In this document: positions 18,109-27,934 of the stretch, in pieces
Layout of the letters: every line of letters starts with the position of its first letter
How positions within the stretch are numbered: position 1 is the first letter of the stretch
Source: an uncultured bacterium
GTDB lineage: Bacteria; Verrucomicrobiota; Verrucomicrobiia; Verrucomicrobiales; DEV007
DNA length: 64,000 nucleotides
NCBI GenBank assembly: GCA_963977015.1
Contig: CAXBMO010000004.1
Location: forward strand, 224,001 to 288,000
Direction: 5' to 3'
Notes under the pieces: generated by a model
Database searches by the model: none
Seen by the model: the letters and a program-made list of their open reading frames with translations, nothing else
What the model was told of the DNA's origin: nothing
Position numbers and translations under genes: made by a program

Positions 18109-19172
18109 GCACTGAGCCCAAGCAATCTACCGATGATGGTCCCGTTCTCAGGGAACACGTCTTCGACGGGATCGAGGAATATGACCAGAAGCTCCCAAAC
18201 TGGTGGCTGTTTACCCTCTGGATCACCGTCGTGTTCTTTGTCGTCTACTGGCTGGGATTCTATGGTTTCGACCTCCTGACGTCCGACCAGGACCGGCTCG
18301 ATCCAAAGATCGCCGCCCTCCGAACCAAAGAGAAGGAAGCGATGCTTGCCATGCTCGACGATGAGAATCTTTGGAAGATGAGTCGTCAAAAGGGGCCGAC
18401 CTCCGCCGTCCTCGCGGGAAAACAGATTTACAACCAGAACTGTCTCGCCTGCCATGGTCCGAATCTCGGTGGTTCGAGTGAAGGCCCCCAATATATTGGC
18501 CTGAATCTTACGGACCAGGAATGGAAGTACGGCGGCAAGCCTTCGTATGTTTACCAGACCGTGTTCAACGGATCCCCGGACCCAACGAAAGGGATGGTCG
18601 CGTGGGGGCCCCTTCTCGGCGCCGAAAAAGCAGCCCAGGTGGTTGCCTTTGTCCTGAGCAAGCAAAACACCATGCCAACGGCAGAACCGGCCGAAGCTCC
18701 TGCCACAAGCCCCACGTCCACCGGAGTTGGCACGGCCGAAGTCAAGGAATTGCCGAAGATCGAAGGAGAAGATCCGGAGGTTCAAAACCTGATGACTGTC
18801 GGGCAAACGACCTACAACACCTTCTGTATCGCCTGCCACGGCCCTGACGGAAAAGGGATCGTTGCCAACCTCGCGCCACCGCTGGCGGGCTCAAGTCTCG
18901 CCACCGGCCCCAGCGAGCGACTCGCCATGATCGTGCTGAACGGCATTCAGCCGGAAGGAAAGTTCACCGGCGTCATGGTGAGCTGGAAGGCCAGCCTCAG
19001 CGATGAGCAGATCGCCGGAGTGCTTACCTATGTTCGCAATCAATTCGGCAACAGTGCTTCGCCGGTCTTCACCGATCAGGTTGCGCATGCCCGCGAGAAA
19101 TACAAGGACACCAGCGCTCCTCACCGCCGGGCGGAACTTGAGTCCATTACTTCAGACCTGCCCCGAAACTAG
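18105..19172 (+). CDS. ccoP: cbb3 subunit III CcoP with two c-type heme domains
   Basis: HVFDGIEEYDQKLPNWW (FixP N-terminus); CLACH and CIACH. Confidence 0.92.
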   Translation: MSTEPKQSTDDGPVLREHVFDGIEEYDQKLPNWWLFTLWITVVFFVVYWLGFYGFDLLTSDQDRLDPKIAALRTKEKEAMLAMLDDENLWKMSRQKGPTSAVLAGKQIYNQNCLACHGPNLGGSSEGPQYIGLNLTDQEWKYGGKPSYVYQTVFNGSPDPTKGMVAWGPLLGAEKAAQVVAFVLSKQNTMPTAEPAEAPATSPTSTGVGTAEVKELPKIEGEDPEVQNLMTVGQTTYNTFCIACHGPDGKGIVANLAPPLAGSSLATGPSERLAMIVLNGIQPEGKFTGVMVSWKASLSDEQIAGVLTYVRNQFGNSASPVFTDQVAHAREKYKDTSAPHRRAELESITSDLPRN

Positions 19173-19183
19173 GAACCAACCCG

Positions 19184-20590
19184 ATGCCTTCTGTTCTCAA
19201 AAAACCGAATCTGGATTCGGTTACCACGATCAACGAGGATGGAAGTCGTTACTATCTGCATCCGGCTGACGTTCGCGGCAAGTTCACCTTTCTGCGATCG
19301 ATTACCGCGTGGATCCTCCTGGCGGTCTATGTCCTTCTTCCCTGGATTCCCATCAACGGACATCCCGCGGTGTTTCTGGATGTCGCCCACCGCCGGTTCC
19401 ATATTCTTGGCCTCACCTTTGCCCCCCAGGATACCTGGCTCCTCTTTTTTGTGATAACAGGGCTCGCCTTCTCCCTCTTCTATATCACTTCACTGTTTGG
19501 CAGGCTCTGGTGTGGGTGGACATGTCCTTACACCGTCTTTCTGGAGCACCTCTACCGCAAGGTCGAGCGATTGATCGAAGGCGATGCACCGAAACGGAAG
19601 AAACTCGACGCAGCGCCATGGACCCTCAACAAGATCTCGCGGCGGGGCCTCAAACACGGCGCATTCGTCATCATCTCCCTCGTCATCGCGCACGTCTTCC
19701 TCTCCTACTTTGTCTCCATTCCCGGGTTGTGGGCGATGATGGGAAACAGTCCGCTCGATAACCTGAAGTCGTTTGGCGTGATTCTCTTCTTCACCGGTGC
19801 GCTCTATTTCAGCTTCGGCTGGTTTCGGGAACAATTCTGCATCATCCTCTGCCCTTACGGCCGGTTCCAATCTGCGATGACCGATCCCAACACGGTCGTA
19901 ATTGGCTATGATGCGGAACGGGGAGAACCACGGGGAAAAGCGAACGATCCAAAGGCCGGAGATTGCGTCGACTGCAATCGTTGCGTTCAGGTTTGCCCGA
20001 CAGGAATTGACATTCGCAACGGACTCCAGATCGAATGCATTGGCTGCGCCGCCTGTGTTGATGCCTGCAATGAGATCATGACCAAGCTCGACCGTCCCAA
20101 GGGGCTGGTTCGCTATGATTCTCAGAAGGGTCTGGAAGGAAAGAAGACGCAATGGATTCGCCCTCGAACCCTGATCTATTCCGGCTTCCTCGCTCTCGGC
20201 CTCACCGTGATGAGCATCAGCGTCAACCAAATCACACCACTCAAAGCGGGGATTCTGAGAATGCAGGGATCGCCCTATTATATGACGGAGACTTCGCTCC
20301 GGAACCACTTCCAACTGCGGGTGATCAACAAGACCATGCAACCCAGCCGTTTCCGAATTGAACTTTCGAATGCGCCTGCGGCCCTCCACCTTACCGGAGC
20401 AGATGGGATTCATGAGCTTGCAGCCATGGACGAACAACTCTTCACCACCCTCGTTGAGCTTCCCAAGAAGGATTTCGACGGCACGTTCGAATTCGACCTG
20501 GTGGTCACTTCGGAGGAAGATGGCTCAACCCTCGCTACCGCGAGCGGCGAGTTCATTGGCCCTAACCCACAACTTTTGAAAGAACAATAG
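19184..20590 (+). CDS. ccoG: Cytochrome c oxidase accessory protein CcoG (FixG/RdxA)
   Basis: GRLWCGWTCP, FREQFCIILCPYGRFQ, CVDCNRCVQVCPTGIDIR, CIGCAACVDAC. Confidence 0.96.
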   Translation: MPSVLKKPNLDSVTTINEDGSRYYLHPADVRGKFTFLRSITAWILLAVYVLLPWIPINGHPAVFLDVAHRRFHILGLTFAPQDTWLLFFVITGLAFSLFYITSLFGRLWCGWTCPYTVFLEHLYRKVERLIEGDAPKRKKLDAAPWTLNKISRRGLKHGAFVIISLVIAHVFLSYFVSIPGLWAMMGNSPLDNLKSFGVILFFTGALYFSFGWFREQFCIILCPYGRFQSAMTDPNTVVIGYDAERGEPRGKANDPKAGDCVDCNRCVQVCPTGIDIRNGLQIECIGCAACVDACNEIMTKLDRPKGLVRYDSQKGLEGKKTQWIRPRTLIYSGFLALGLTVMSISVNQITPLKAGILRMQGSPYYMTETSLRNHFQLRVINKTMQPSRFRIELSNAPAALHLTGADGIHELAAMDEQLFTTLVELPKKDFDGTFEFDLVVTSEEDGSTLATASGEFIGPNPQLLKEQ

Positions 20591-20595
20591 ACTCC

Positions 20596-20745
20596 ATGAA
20601 ACGCTGGTTTAAGAATCGCCCCTGGATCTGGATTGTCCTCTTTTTCATCACCTTCATGGTGGCGTGGACTTGGTTCATTGTCATCGCGGTGAAGAACAGT
20701 CCGCAAACGGTTCCGATGGAGTCTGCACAACTCGCCCATCCATGA
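20596..20745 (+). CDS. 49-aa single-TM protein at the ccoH position (absent from the ORF track)
   Basis: Translated by hand: MKRWFKNRPWIWIVLFFITFMVAWTWFIVIAVKNSPQTVPMESAQLAHP. ATGA overlap with the next gene. Confidence 0.7.
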   Translation: MKRWFKNRPWIWIVLFFITFMVAWTWFIVIAVKNSPQTVPMESAQLAHP

Positions 20746-21407
20746 TCCCTGAAACCACCATCACCACGTTGGGAGCATTTGTCGCGGGATTGGCGACCAG
20801 CATCCATTGCCTGGGGATGTGTGGGCCGCTTGCCTGCCTGGCCTGTCAATCCAAAGGAAGCTGTTCAACCACTCCCCTGGCATCGGCCTATCACGGAAGC
20901 CGGTTGGGCGCCTACTCCGTTGTCGGAGCCATGGCCGGCGGAATTGGAGGAGTGCTGCTGGAAGTCATCCCTCCAGCGGTAACCAACGTGCTCCCCTGGG
21001 TTGCCGGGGCATTCCTCATCGCGTGGGCGGTTGGCTGGAGCTTCAATTGGTTTCCGAACTTTGCGCGCCTTCCCTTTGGCAAGCTCACGAAGAACGCCCC
21101 CACCCTGCTGGGACTTGCCACGCCGTTGATTCCCTGCGCGCCTCTCTATCTGATTTTCGGCCTCGCGGCGCTTTCCGGTTCAGCAGTTCGCGGTGCCGGC
21201 ATCACCCTCGCCTTTGGCCTGGGCACTGTTCCCCTGCTTTGGTTGGCGCAGCATCAACTCGCCAACTTTCGCGCCAGATTCGGTCAGCGAGGCGTCCTCA
21301 TCTTGCAGCGAATTCTCGTCTTCTCCGCGTCCGCCCTGGTGCTTTGGCGCCTTGGCGCAACCGCCATTGCCGGGCAACCGACCTGCTGCGACCAGATCTC
21401 CCCATGA
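20742..21407 (+). CDS. DsbD_2 / TauE-SafE-like membrane protein of cbb3 clusters
   Basis: GLATSIHCLGMCGP, YHGSRL..Y, LIPCAPLY, AFGLGTVP. Confidence 0.88.
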   Translation: MIPETTITTLGAFVAGLATSIHCLGMCGPLACLACQSKGSCSTTPLASAYHGSRLGAYSVVGAMAGGIGGVLLEVIPPAVTNVLPWVAGAFLIAWAVGWSFNWFPNFARLPFGKLTKNAPTLLGLATPLIPCAPLYLIFGLAALSGSAVRGAGITLAFGLGTVPLLWLAQHQLANFRARFGQRGVLILQRILVFSASALVLWRLGATAIAGQPTCCDQISP

Positions 21408-23767
21408 GTTCAGCCGCGATCGCCTGCCGCCACTGTGGAACGTTTTTTTCTCCTCAACAGCCGTCCGAGGAGTTCTGCTGCAACGGCTGTCGCTTTGTCT
21501 ATGATTGGATCAACAAGGAGGACCTGGGAAAGTTCTATGAACTGAAAGGGAAGCGGATCACGGACGCGATCGGCAACTCCGTGTTCGAGCCGACCGATTG
21601 GGATTGGGTTGATCGGTGGCTTTCGGACGCCGAACAGGACTATGCCGGAGAAACCGCAACTGCGGAGATTCATCTTCAGGGCATCTCCTGTCTTGCCTGC
21701 GCCTGGTTGATCGAAAAACGCTTTGCGGAACAATCCGGAAGCCTTCGCATCAACCTTCAGACCGACCGCGGAATTGCCCACCTCAGTTGGCGGACCGGAG
21801 CTTTTGACGCGAAAGAGTGCTTTCAAGATTGGGCTCGATTTGGCTACCGCGCCTCCGAAGCGGCGTTCCAGGGGGAATCCAACTCTCGATCCGACCAAGG
21901 CTTTTTGACGCGACTGGGCGTCTGTGGTGCGTTCGCCCTCAACACGATGGCCTTTACCCTGCCTTCCTATTTTGGGTTGGAAGCCGACACGGAACTCGGC
22001 TCGTTGTTTCGGTTGATTGCTTTCGTGTCAGCCACCTTTGCGGTTCTCACCGGTGGAGGGTATTTTTTCCGCCAGGCATGGAACAGCCTTCGCAGCAAAA
22101 TTCTGCATATCGACCTTCCCATTGCCCTGGGAATCCTTGTTGCCTATATCAGCTCGATCTTCAGTTGGTTGCTCGATATGGAGGAGCTCTTCTATATTGA
22201 TTTTGTCGCGATCTTCGTCTTTCTGATGCTGCTCGGACGCTGGGTCCAACAACGCGCATTGGCTCAGTGCCAACGGCGCCTTCCCGGCAACATTCAGACC
22301 CTCCGGGTATTGAAGCAGTCTCCGGAGGGCGAGATGATTGAGGCGCCTTCCAGTTCGATTGAACGGGATGAGGTCCTTCAGATTCGGCCGGGAAACATCC
22401 TGCCGGTGAGCTCATTTGTTCAGGATGATTCCGTCAGTGTCAGCCTGGAATGGATCAACGGGGAATTGGAACCCATCACCTTTGACAAGGGCCAGGAAGT
22501 TCCGGCAGGAGGACGCCTGGTGAGTCGCTCCCCCGCCCTTTTCCGCACGGCCGGTTCATTTGAGGAAGGTCTGCTTGGCAGACTGCTGGAGCAAAGTGGT
22601 AACCAGGATCGTGATCCGCTTCTGGAGCGAGTCCTCAAATTCTACCTGGGCACGGTTCTTCTCCTCGCGATCGGAGGGTTCGTGACTTGGACCGTCCTTG
22701 GCAGCGTCTCGACCGCGCTCCAGGTTTTTGTCTCCATCCTCGTCGTCTCCTGCCCTTGCGCTCTGGGCGTGGCCATCCCGCTCCTCAATTCCTGGACCAC
22801 GCGGCGCCTGGAGCGATTCGGCATTTTTGTGCGCAACTCCAATCTTTGGCCGCGGCTGCTCAAGGTCCGGCAACTCGCGTTTGATAAGACCGGGACCCTG
22901 ACCTTGCCCAGTCCGCGACTGGTCAATCCGCAGGCCATTGCATCTCTGGATGACCAGGAACGGCAGATTCTGGCGCAATTGGTGGAAAACAACCGCCATC
23001 CCTTTGCCCGCGGTCTGCACGAGGTTCTCCAAACCCATACTCCCGACAATCAGAGCCAGGTTACTGAGGAACCCGGCAAGGGTGTCACGTTTTTGGATCC
23101 GAACCACCAAGTCTGGAGCCTGGGGAAAAACGGCTGGAAGGGAACGGGCGAAACGGGCCATCAGTTGGTCTTCAGCCGGGCAGAGACACCGATCGCCTCC
23201 TTTCAATTCGAGGAAGCGATTCGTCCGGACGCAATTCGTGAGATTCAAGCTCTGGCCCGCCAGTTCTCCAGCTTCGCGATTCTGAGCGGCGACAAGCAAC
23301 CTCAAGTCGCGAAAATTTCGGACAAGATCGGACTCGCAAATGCGATGGTGTTAGGGGAGCAGAGCCCTGAGCAGAAAGCGGATTGGTTGCGCGAGCATGA
23401 CGGGGAACAAACCCTCTTTCTCGGGGACGGGGCCAACGACAGCCTCGCCTTTGATGCGGCACTTTGTAGCGGAATGCCCGCTCGAGACCAGAGCGTTCTG
23501 GAAGCCAAGGCGGACTTCTGTTTCCTGGGGCAGGGACTTCGCGTGTTGCGGGAACTCTTCGCCGCGGCACGCCATCGACAGCGCATCATGCATCAAATTT
23601 TTGCCTTTGCCATCACCTACAATGTGGCTGCGGTCACCCTTTGCCTGGCAGGGCTCATGAACCCACTTTGGGCCGCCATTCTGATGCCGCTGTCTTCGCT
23701 GGCAACCATCGCCCTGGCCGCATCTTCCAATCGGGGCCAAGATGTGCGCACCATCAACCAAACCTAG
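21404..23767 (+). CDS. ccoI: Heavy-metal (Cu) P1B-type ATPase CcoI/FixI
   Basis: CRHCG..FCCNGC, CLAC, SCPCALG, FDKTGT, RHP, GDGAND, LMPLSS. ATG 21404 overlaps the previous stop. Confidence 0.92.
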   Translation: MSSAAIACRHCGTFFSPQQPSEEFCCNGCRFVYDWINKEDLGKFYELKGKRITDAIGNSVFEPTDWDWVDRWLSDAEQDYAGETATAEIHLQGISCLACAWLIEKRFAEQSGSLRINLQTDRGIAHLSWRTGAFDAKECFQDWARFGYRASEAAFQGESNSRSDQGFLTRLGVCGAFALNTMAFTLPSYFGLEADTELGSLFRLIAFVSATFAVLTGGGYFFRQAWNSLRSKILHIDLPIALGILVAYISSIFSWLLDMEELFYIDFVAIFVFLMLLGRWVQQRALAQCQRRLPGNIQTLRVLKQSPEGEMIEAPSSSIERDEVLQIRPGNILPVSSFVQDDSVSVSLEWINGELEPITFDKGQEVPAGGRLVSRSPALFRTAGSFEEGLLGRLLEQSGNQDRDPLLERVLKFYLGTVLLLAIGGFVTWTVLGSVSTALQVFVSILVVSCPCALGVAIPLLNSWTTRRLERFGIFVRNSNLWPRLLKVRQLAFDKTGTLTLPSPRLVNPQAIASLDDQERQILAQLVENNRHPFARGLHEVLQTHTPDNQSQVTEEPGKGVTFLDPNHQVWSLGKNGWKGTGETGHQLVFSRAETPIASFQFEEAIRPDAIREIQALARQFSSFAILSGDKQPQVAKISDKIGLANAMVLGEQSPEQKADWLREHDGEQTLFLGDGANDSLAFDAALCSGMPARDQSVLEAKADFCFLGQGLRVLRELFAAARHRQRIMHQIFAFAITYNVAAVTLCLAGLMNPLWAAILMPLSSLATIALAASSNRGQDVRTINQT

Positions 23768-23809
23768 CATGGCGTGGGCGGTTCTCCTGTTCGACGATAC
23801 CCTTACCCT

Positions 23810-24868
23810 ATGAACGCTCACGAAATCCACTGCCAATACTATTCTCAGGAAGACTTGCTCGCCTCGGGATGCCTCGATCTCAATATGGCGATGGACGCCG
23901 CGGAGGAGGCCATGAAACTGTATGAATCCGGGGATGTTCTGTTTCCGGAAAAGATCGTCCAGATTTTTAACGACGACACCCAAGAGCGCATCAACTGCCT
24001 CCCCGCGACCTTTCGCTCCAAGAACGTTTGCGGCGTGAAGTGGGTTTCCGTCTTCCCTCCCAACCCGGTAAAACACGGCATCCAAAACCTCTCCGCCGTG
24101 ATCATCCTCTCCGAAATCGAGCACGGCTTTCCGATCGCCTTCATGGAGGGAACGCTCTGTTCAAACATGCGAGTCGGAGCGATGGGCGGACTGGCCGCCC
24201 GGCATCTGGCCCGCCCGGATTCTGAAACGATCGGGTTTATCGGCGCGGGCGAGCAGGCAAAGATGCATTTAATCGCGATGAAGACCGCGTTTCCGGGATT
24301 GAAGTCCTGCCGGGTCGGAGCGAAAACTCCCGACGAAGAGCAGCAATTCGTTGAGGAAATGGGGCCGATCTTTGAAGACATGGAAATCAGCGGGGCGATG
24401 ACCAAACTGGAGGACGCGGTTTCTGATGCCGACATTATTGTAACGGCCACCAGTGCCCAGGCGCCACTCCTGAAGGCCAAATGGATGAAGCCTGGTGCCT
24501 TTTACAGTCACGTTGGAGGCTGGGAGGATGAATACGAGGTCGCCAAGCAATGCGACAAGATCGTTTGTGATGATTGGGAGACCGTGAAACACCGAACCCA
24601 GACGCTCAGCCGGATGTACAAGGATGGCCAACTATCGGATGATGACATTCATTGCAATTTGATCGACATCCTCACCGGCAAGAAGCCGGGACGGGAGAGC
24701 GACGAAGAACGAACCTACTTCAACGCCGTTGGACTGGCTTTTGCCGATGTGGGAATTGCCAACGCCATGTATGAGCGCGCCCTCGAAGTCGGCATGGGTC
24801 AGGATCTGAAGATTCAGAAGAAAATGATCTTCGAGCACCCCGAGCTCAAGGACTGGGTAAAGCTCTAG
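23810..24868 (+). CDS. Ornithine cyclodeaminase / mu-crystallin family imine reductase
   Basis: RINCLPA, GVKWVSVFPPN, GFIGAGEQA (Rossmann fold), DIIVTATSA, GRESDEE..FNAVGLAFAD. Confidence 0.88.
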   Translation: MNAHEIHCQYYSQEDLLASGCLDLNMAMDAAEEAMKLYESGDVLFPEKIVQIFNDDTQERINCLPATFRSKNVCGVKWVSVFPPNPVKHGIQNLSAVIILSEIEHGFPIAFMEGTLCSNMRVGAMGGLAARHLARPDSETIGFIGAGEQAKMHLIAMKTAFPGLKSCRVGAKTPDEEQQFVEEMGPIFEDMEISGAMTKLEDAVSDADIIVTATSAQAPLLKAKWMKPGAFYSHVGGWEDEYEVAKQCDKIVCDDWETVKHRTQTLSRMYKDGQLSDDDIHCNLIDILTGKKPGRESDEERTYFNAVGLAFADVGIANAMYERALEVGMGQDLKIQKKMIFEHPELKDWVKL

Positions 24869-24873
24869 ATAGA

Positions 24874-27843
24874 CTAACGAAGCGACGTTAGATAAGCCAC
24901 CAGATCCACGAGTTCCTGCTGCTGGAGAGAATGGACTTCAGGCATCAATGATGAATCGAGAGTTTCCTGGCTCGCAATATCATCCTCTTCCACCCGCTGA
25001 CTAACGCCTCCGGGTAATCGCAAGGTCAGCGAATTGGTCGACTTCGCGGTTTGATATCCGACGTATTCCTGCCCATTCTTCAGCTTAACAGCCACTCCTT
25101 CGTATCCTTCCGCGAGATTTCGGCTCGGGTTCAGAATCGCTTCGATTAGGGCAACCGCATTCATGCGGGATCCAATCGCCGAAAGGTCGGGACCGAAATT
25201 GATGTAGCGCCCGGCGATTTGATGACATTCCGCGCAGCCTGCTTGGAGGAAAACCTCTTTTCCACGCGCCGAATTTCCGGGGAGCTTTGCAAGCTCGTCA
25301 GCGGAAACGGCTTCGCCAACCGGCATCGCGATTGGAGTTGCACCCAGCTCCCGAATCGCACGTCCCCGAATGGCATCCCAGGGAGCCCGCGCCAGGCTCG
25401 CAATCGCGGCATCGAGCACCGTTCCCTCTACTTTCTCGTCTTTCGCCAACGCAAACACCGCGTTTGCTCCTTTGGCATTGAGACAAAGCGCCTCAACAGC
25501 CGCCACCTGATTTGCGACCGGCTCACTCCTGTCCAACGCCAGAAACGCCAGTGTTTCATTCGCAAGGGGATCGTTGCACCGCCCCATGAGCCGGATAAAT
25601 TCCCGGGCTCGCAGCTGAGGACCTTTGAGCAGGCTCGAAACCAGCTCCGAATTCTTCATCAGCAATTGAACCGCGCGAAGAGATTCCGAAGAATTGGGAT
25701 GAGCGAGGGCGTATTCCAAAAGTTCACGATCGGCCGTGCGAATGTTCAGGGCATCCACCAGGCGAACCAACTCCGGCTTTCCGCGTTTCGCGCTGATCAG
25801 ACTGCGAATCCTTCCGATACGTTCCGGCTCGCCAGCGAGGTCCTCATATCGCAGATCAACCGCAGCTGCATAAGTCAGCTTGAGGTCGCTGGAATCAAAC
25901 ACCTTGAGAAGCGCCAAACGCGCGGCATCCGGATCCTGAAAATGCATTGCTCTTATATAACGCTCAAAGGGATCGACGGCTGGATCACTATCGAGCGCCA
26001 ATTCCGCGAGCAAATCCGGCGTGCGAATGGAGCGGCTCCGCCAGACAATATCTCGATTCGGCCCCGAATTCCAACCTGGACCCACACGATCCAACCAAGC
26101 CGAAAGACGGCGATCCCAGTGGAGGTCAGCGCCAATCCCCAACGCCTCCAAATACCACCGATCATTGGCCTCGTATGCGAGCGCCAACTCGGCCCAAATT
26201 CTATCGGCAGAGCGCCCGCTTTGATCTCTCAGTGCAATGGCACATTCGCGGCGAACCAAACTGGATTCATCACCTGAAAGCGAACTTACGGTCGCCAAAA
26301 CCGATACGCCACAGGACCGCGCCATGCGGGGGGCCATCGCCCGTATATTCGGATCACGATCCAAACTCGCCAACGCGACCGCCTCGCGAGCTTTGCCGGG
26401 AAGCGCCGAATGAAGCCAAAGCCCCCGTGCCCTCAATCGCGAATTTGGGTGCATGAGCAAACTGCCCAAAGCCGCCTTTTCTCCAGAACCAACCAGTGTC
26501 GCCCATCCCCGGAACCGGGTGGCCAGGTTAGGGCTCATCAAAGCCTGGAGCACTCCCTCCGGTGTGTCGAAATCATACATGATCCGGATGTAGGGTTTAT
26601 CCTTGGCGGCCACTCGATAGATACGACCGCGCTTCAGATCACCGACGCCATTCTCGATCGGCTCAGGATCGTACCAATCACAGACAAACAATGAACCATC
26701 TGGAGCCGCACAAACATCGACCGGTCGAAACCAGGGATCGTTTTCGCCACTCAGCAATGGTACAACCTCCCCGCGATACCCCGCGCCCAGATTTGCCACG
26801 GGAACCGCACTTACCTGGCGGCTACTGACGTCACACAAGATCATCTGGTTCTGAAAAAGTTCCGGCAAAGCACCTCCTTCGTAGACAAGCATCCCAGCAG
26901 GTGTCCCGCCGCCCAAGATCATTAAATTGGGAACGACACCGGGATCATTCTGGTGCCAATGCTGTTCTTCCAAAGAGCTGGCTTTCCCAAGTCTCCAGTC
27001 ACGCCAGCTTCTGCCATCCTTTTCGTCACGATATCCAAAATTGCCGTATTCCATGACATAATTGATCCGCGTCGAAGATTTGCCATCGTCGCCAATATCG
27101 CCTTGCCACACCGTGCCAAACGAATCGACCGCGACCTCCATATTGCCACGAAAGTTGTGGCCGATGACTTCCAAATTTTTCCCGTCAGGATCACAACGAA
27201 ATACCATCCCCCCCCAATAAGGCTTTCCATCGTCGATTACCGGGTTTCCCGCTTTATCGACAACGATTTTCCCATCCGGGCCACAGACTTTTTCTCCCGT
27301 ATTTCCAAAGCTCCAATAGAGCTTCCCATCCGGCCCAAAGACAAACGAGTGAACGGAACGGATACTGTGCTCCAGCCCGGTATTGGTAAACATGATTTGC
27401 TTTGAATCCGCACGATCGTCTCCATTGGTATCCGTGAAGACGATGACATTGGGCGAACACACAACGATGACCTTGTTGCCCAACACCGTTATACCCGTCG
27501 CGGAATCGATATCCGGCCCTTGATAGAAAACGGTCGTTTCATCAGCCTTTCCATCCGCATCGGTGTCGTCCAGGATCAAGATGCGATCTCCGGCGGGGCG
27601 GTGACCTTTCTCGTTTTGATAATTCGTGACTTCGCAGACCCAGACCCGCCCCCGTTCATCGACATCAATACTCGCCGGATTCACCAACATGGGTTCGGCC
27701 GCGAATAAGGTTACCTCCAGTTCATCGGCCGGCAGCAATGCTTGAACCGTCTCCTCAGGGGACAATTGACCTACTACACTGTTCGCCTCAAATAGAGCTA
27801 GTACAACGATGAAGAAGGCGATGAGGTGGTAGTTCGTTTTCAT
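24874..27843 (-). CDS. PVC-type membrane-bound dehydrogenase / CxxCH heme-binding protein (beta-propeller + HEAT + cytochrome c)
   Basis: LFAAEPMLVNP..DERGRVWV, FRPVDVCAAPDGSLFVCDWY, DRWYLEALGIGA, CAECH..GPDLS..SLMP. Confidence 0.9.
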   Translation of the reverse strand: MKTNYHLIAFFIVVLALFEANSVVGQLSPEETVQALLPADELEVTLFAAEPMLVNPASIDVDERGRVWVCEVTNYQNEKGHRPAGDRILILDDTDADGKADETTVFYQGPDIDSATGITVLGNKVIVVCSPNVIVFTDTNGDDRADSKQIMFTNTGLEHSIRSVHSFVFGPDGKLYWSFGNTGEKVCGPDGKIVVDKAGNPVIDDGKPYWGGMVFRCDPDGKNLEVIGHNFRGNMEVAVDSFGTVWQGDIGDDGKSSTRINYVMEYGNFGYRDEKDGRSWRDWRLGKASSLEEQHWHQNDPGVVPNLMILGGGTPAGMLVYEGGALPELFQNQMILCDVSSRQVSAVPVANLGAGYRGEVVPLLSGENDPWFRPVDVCAAPDGSLFVCDWYDPEPIENGVGDLKRGRIYRVAAKDKPYIRIMYDFDTPEGVLQALMSPNLATRFRGWATLVGSGEKAALGSLLMHPNSRLRARGLWLHSALPGKAREAVALASLDRDPNIRAMAPRMARSCGVSVLATVSSLSGDESSLVRRECAIALRDQSGRSADRIWAELALAYEANDRWYLEALGIGADLHWDRRLSAWLDRVGPGWNSGPNRDIVWRSRSIRTPDLLAELALDSDPAVDPFERYIRAMHFQDPDAARLALLKVFDSSDLKLTYAAAVDLRYEDLAGEPERIGRIRSLISAKRGKPELVRLVDALNIRTADRELLEYALAHPNSSESLRAVQLLMKNSELVSSLLKGPQLRAREFIRLMGRCNDPLANETLAFLALDRSEPVANQVAAVEALCLNAKGANAVFALAKDEKVEGTVLDAAIASLARAPWDAIRGRAIRELGATPIAMPVGEAVSADELAKLPGNSARGKEVFLQAGCAECHQIAGRYINFGPDLSAIGSRMNAVALIEAILNPSRNLAEGYEGVAVKLKNGQEYVGYQTAKSTNSLTLRLPGGVSQRVEEDDIASQETLDSSLMPEVHSLQQQELVDLVAYLTSLR

Positions 27844-27934
27844 CACACTGCGGAGATTATAACGAACTCCCTGCTCACGTAAACAGGTAACCGCTTCACA
27901 TGTTCGACTCAATGTTGCGAAACCAGGGAAAAAT

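Noticed and set aside
20807-21403. 199-aa N-terminal extension of the ccoI ORF in the track
   Set aside because: It overlaps the DsbD_2/TauE-like gene in another frame. ATG 21404 overlaps that gene's stop and begins at the CxxC domain.
27208-27215. C8 homopolymer as a phase-variation tract
   Set aside because: It is short and in frame (Trp-Gly-Gly), with no sign of slippage.
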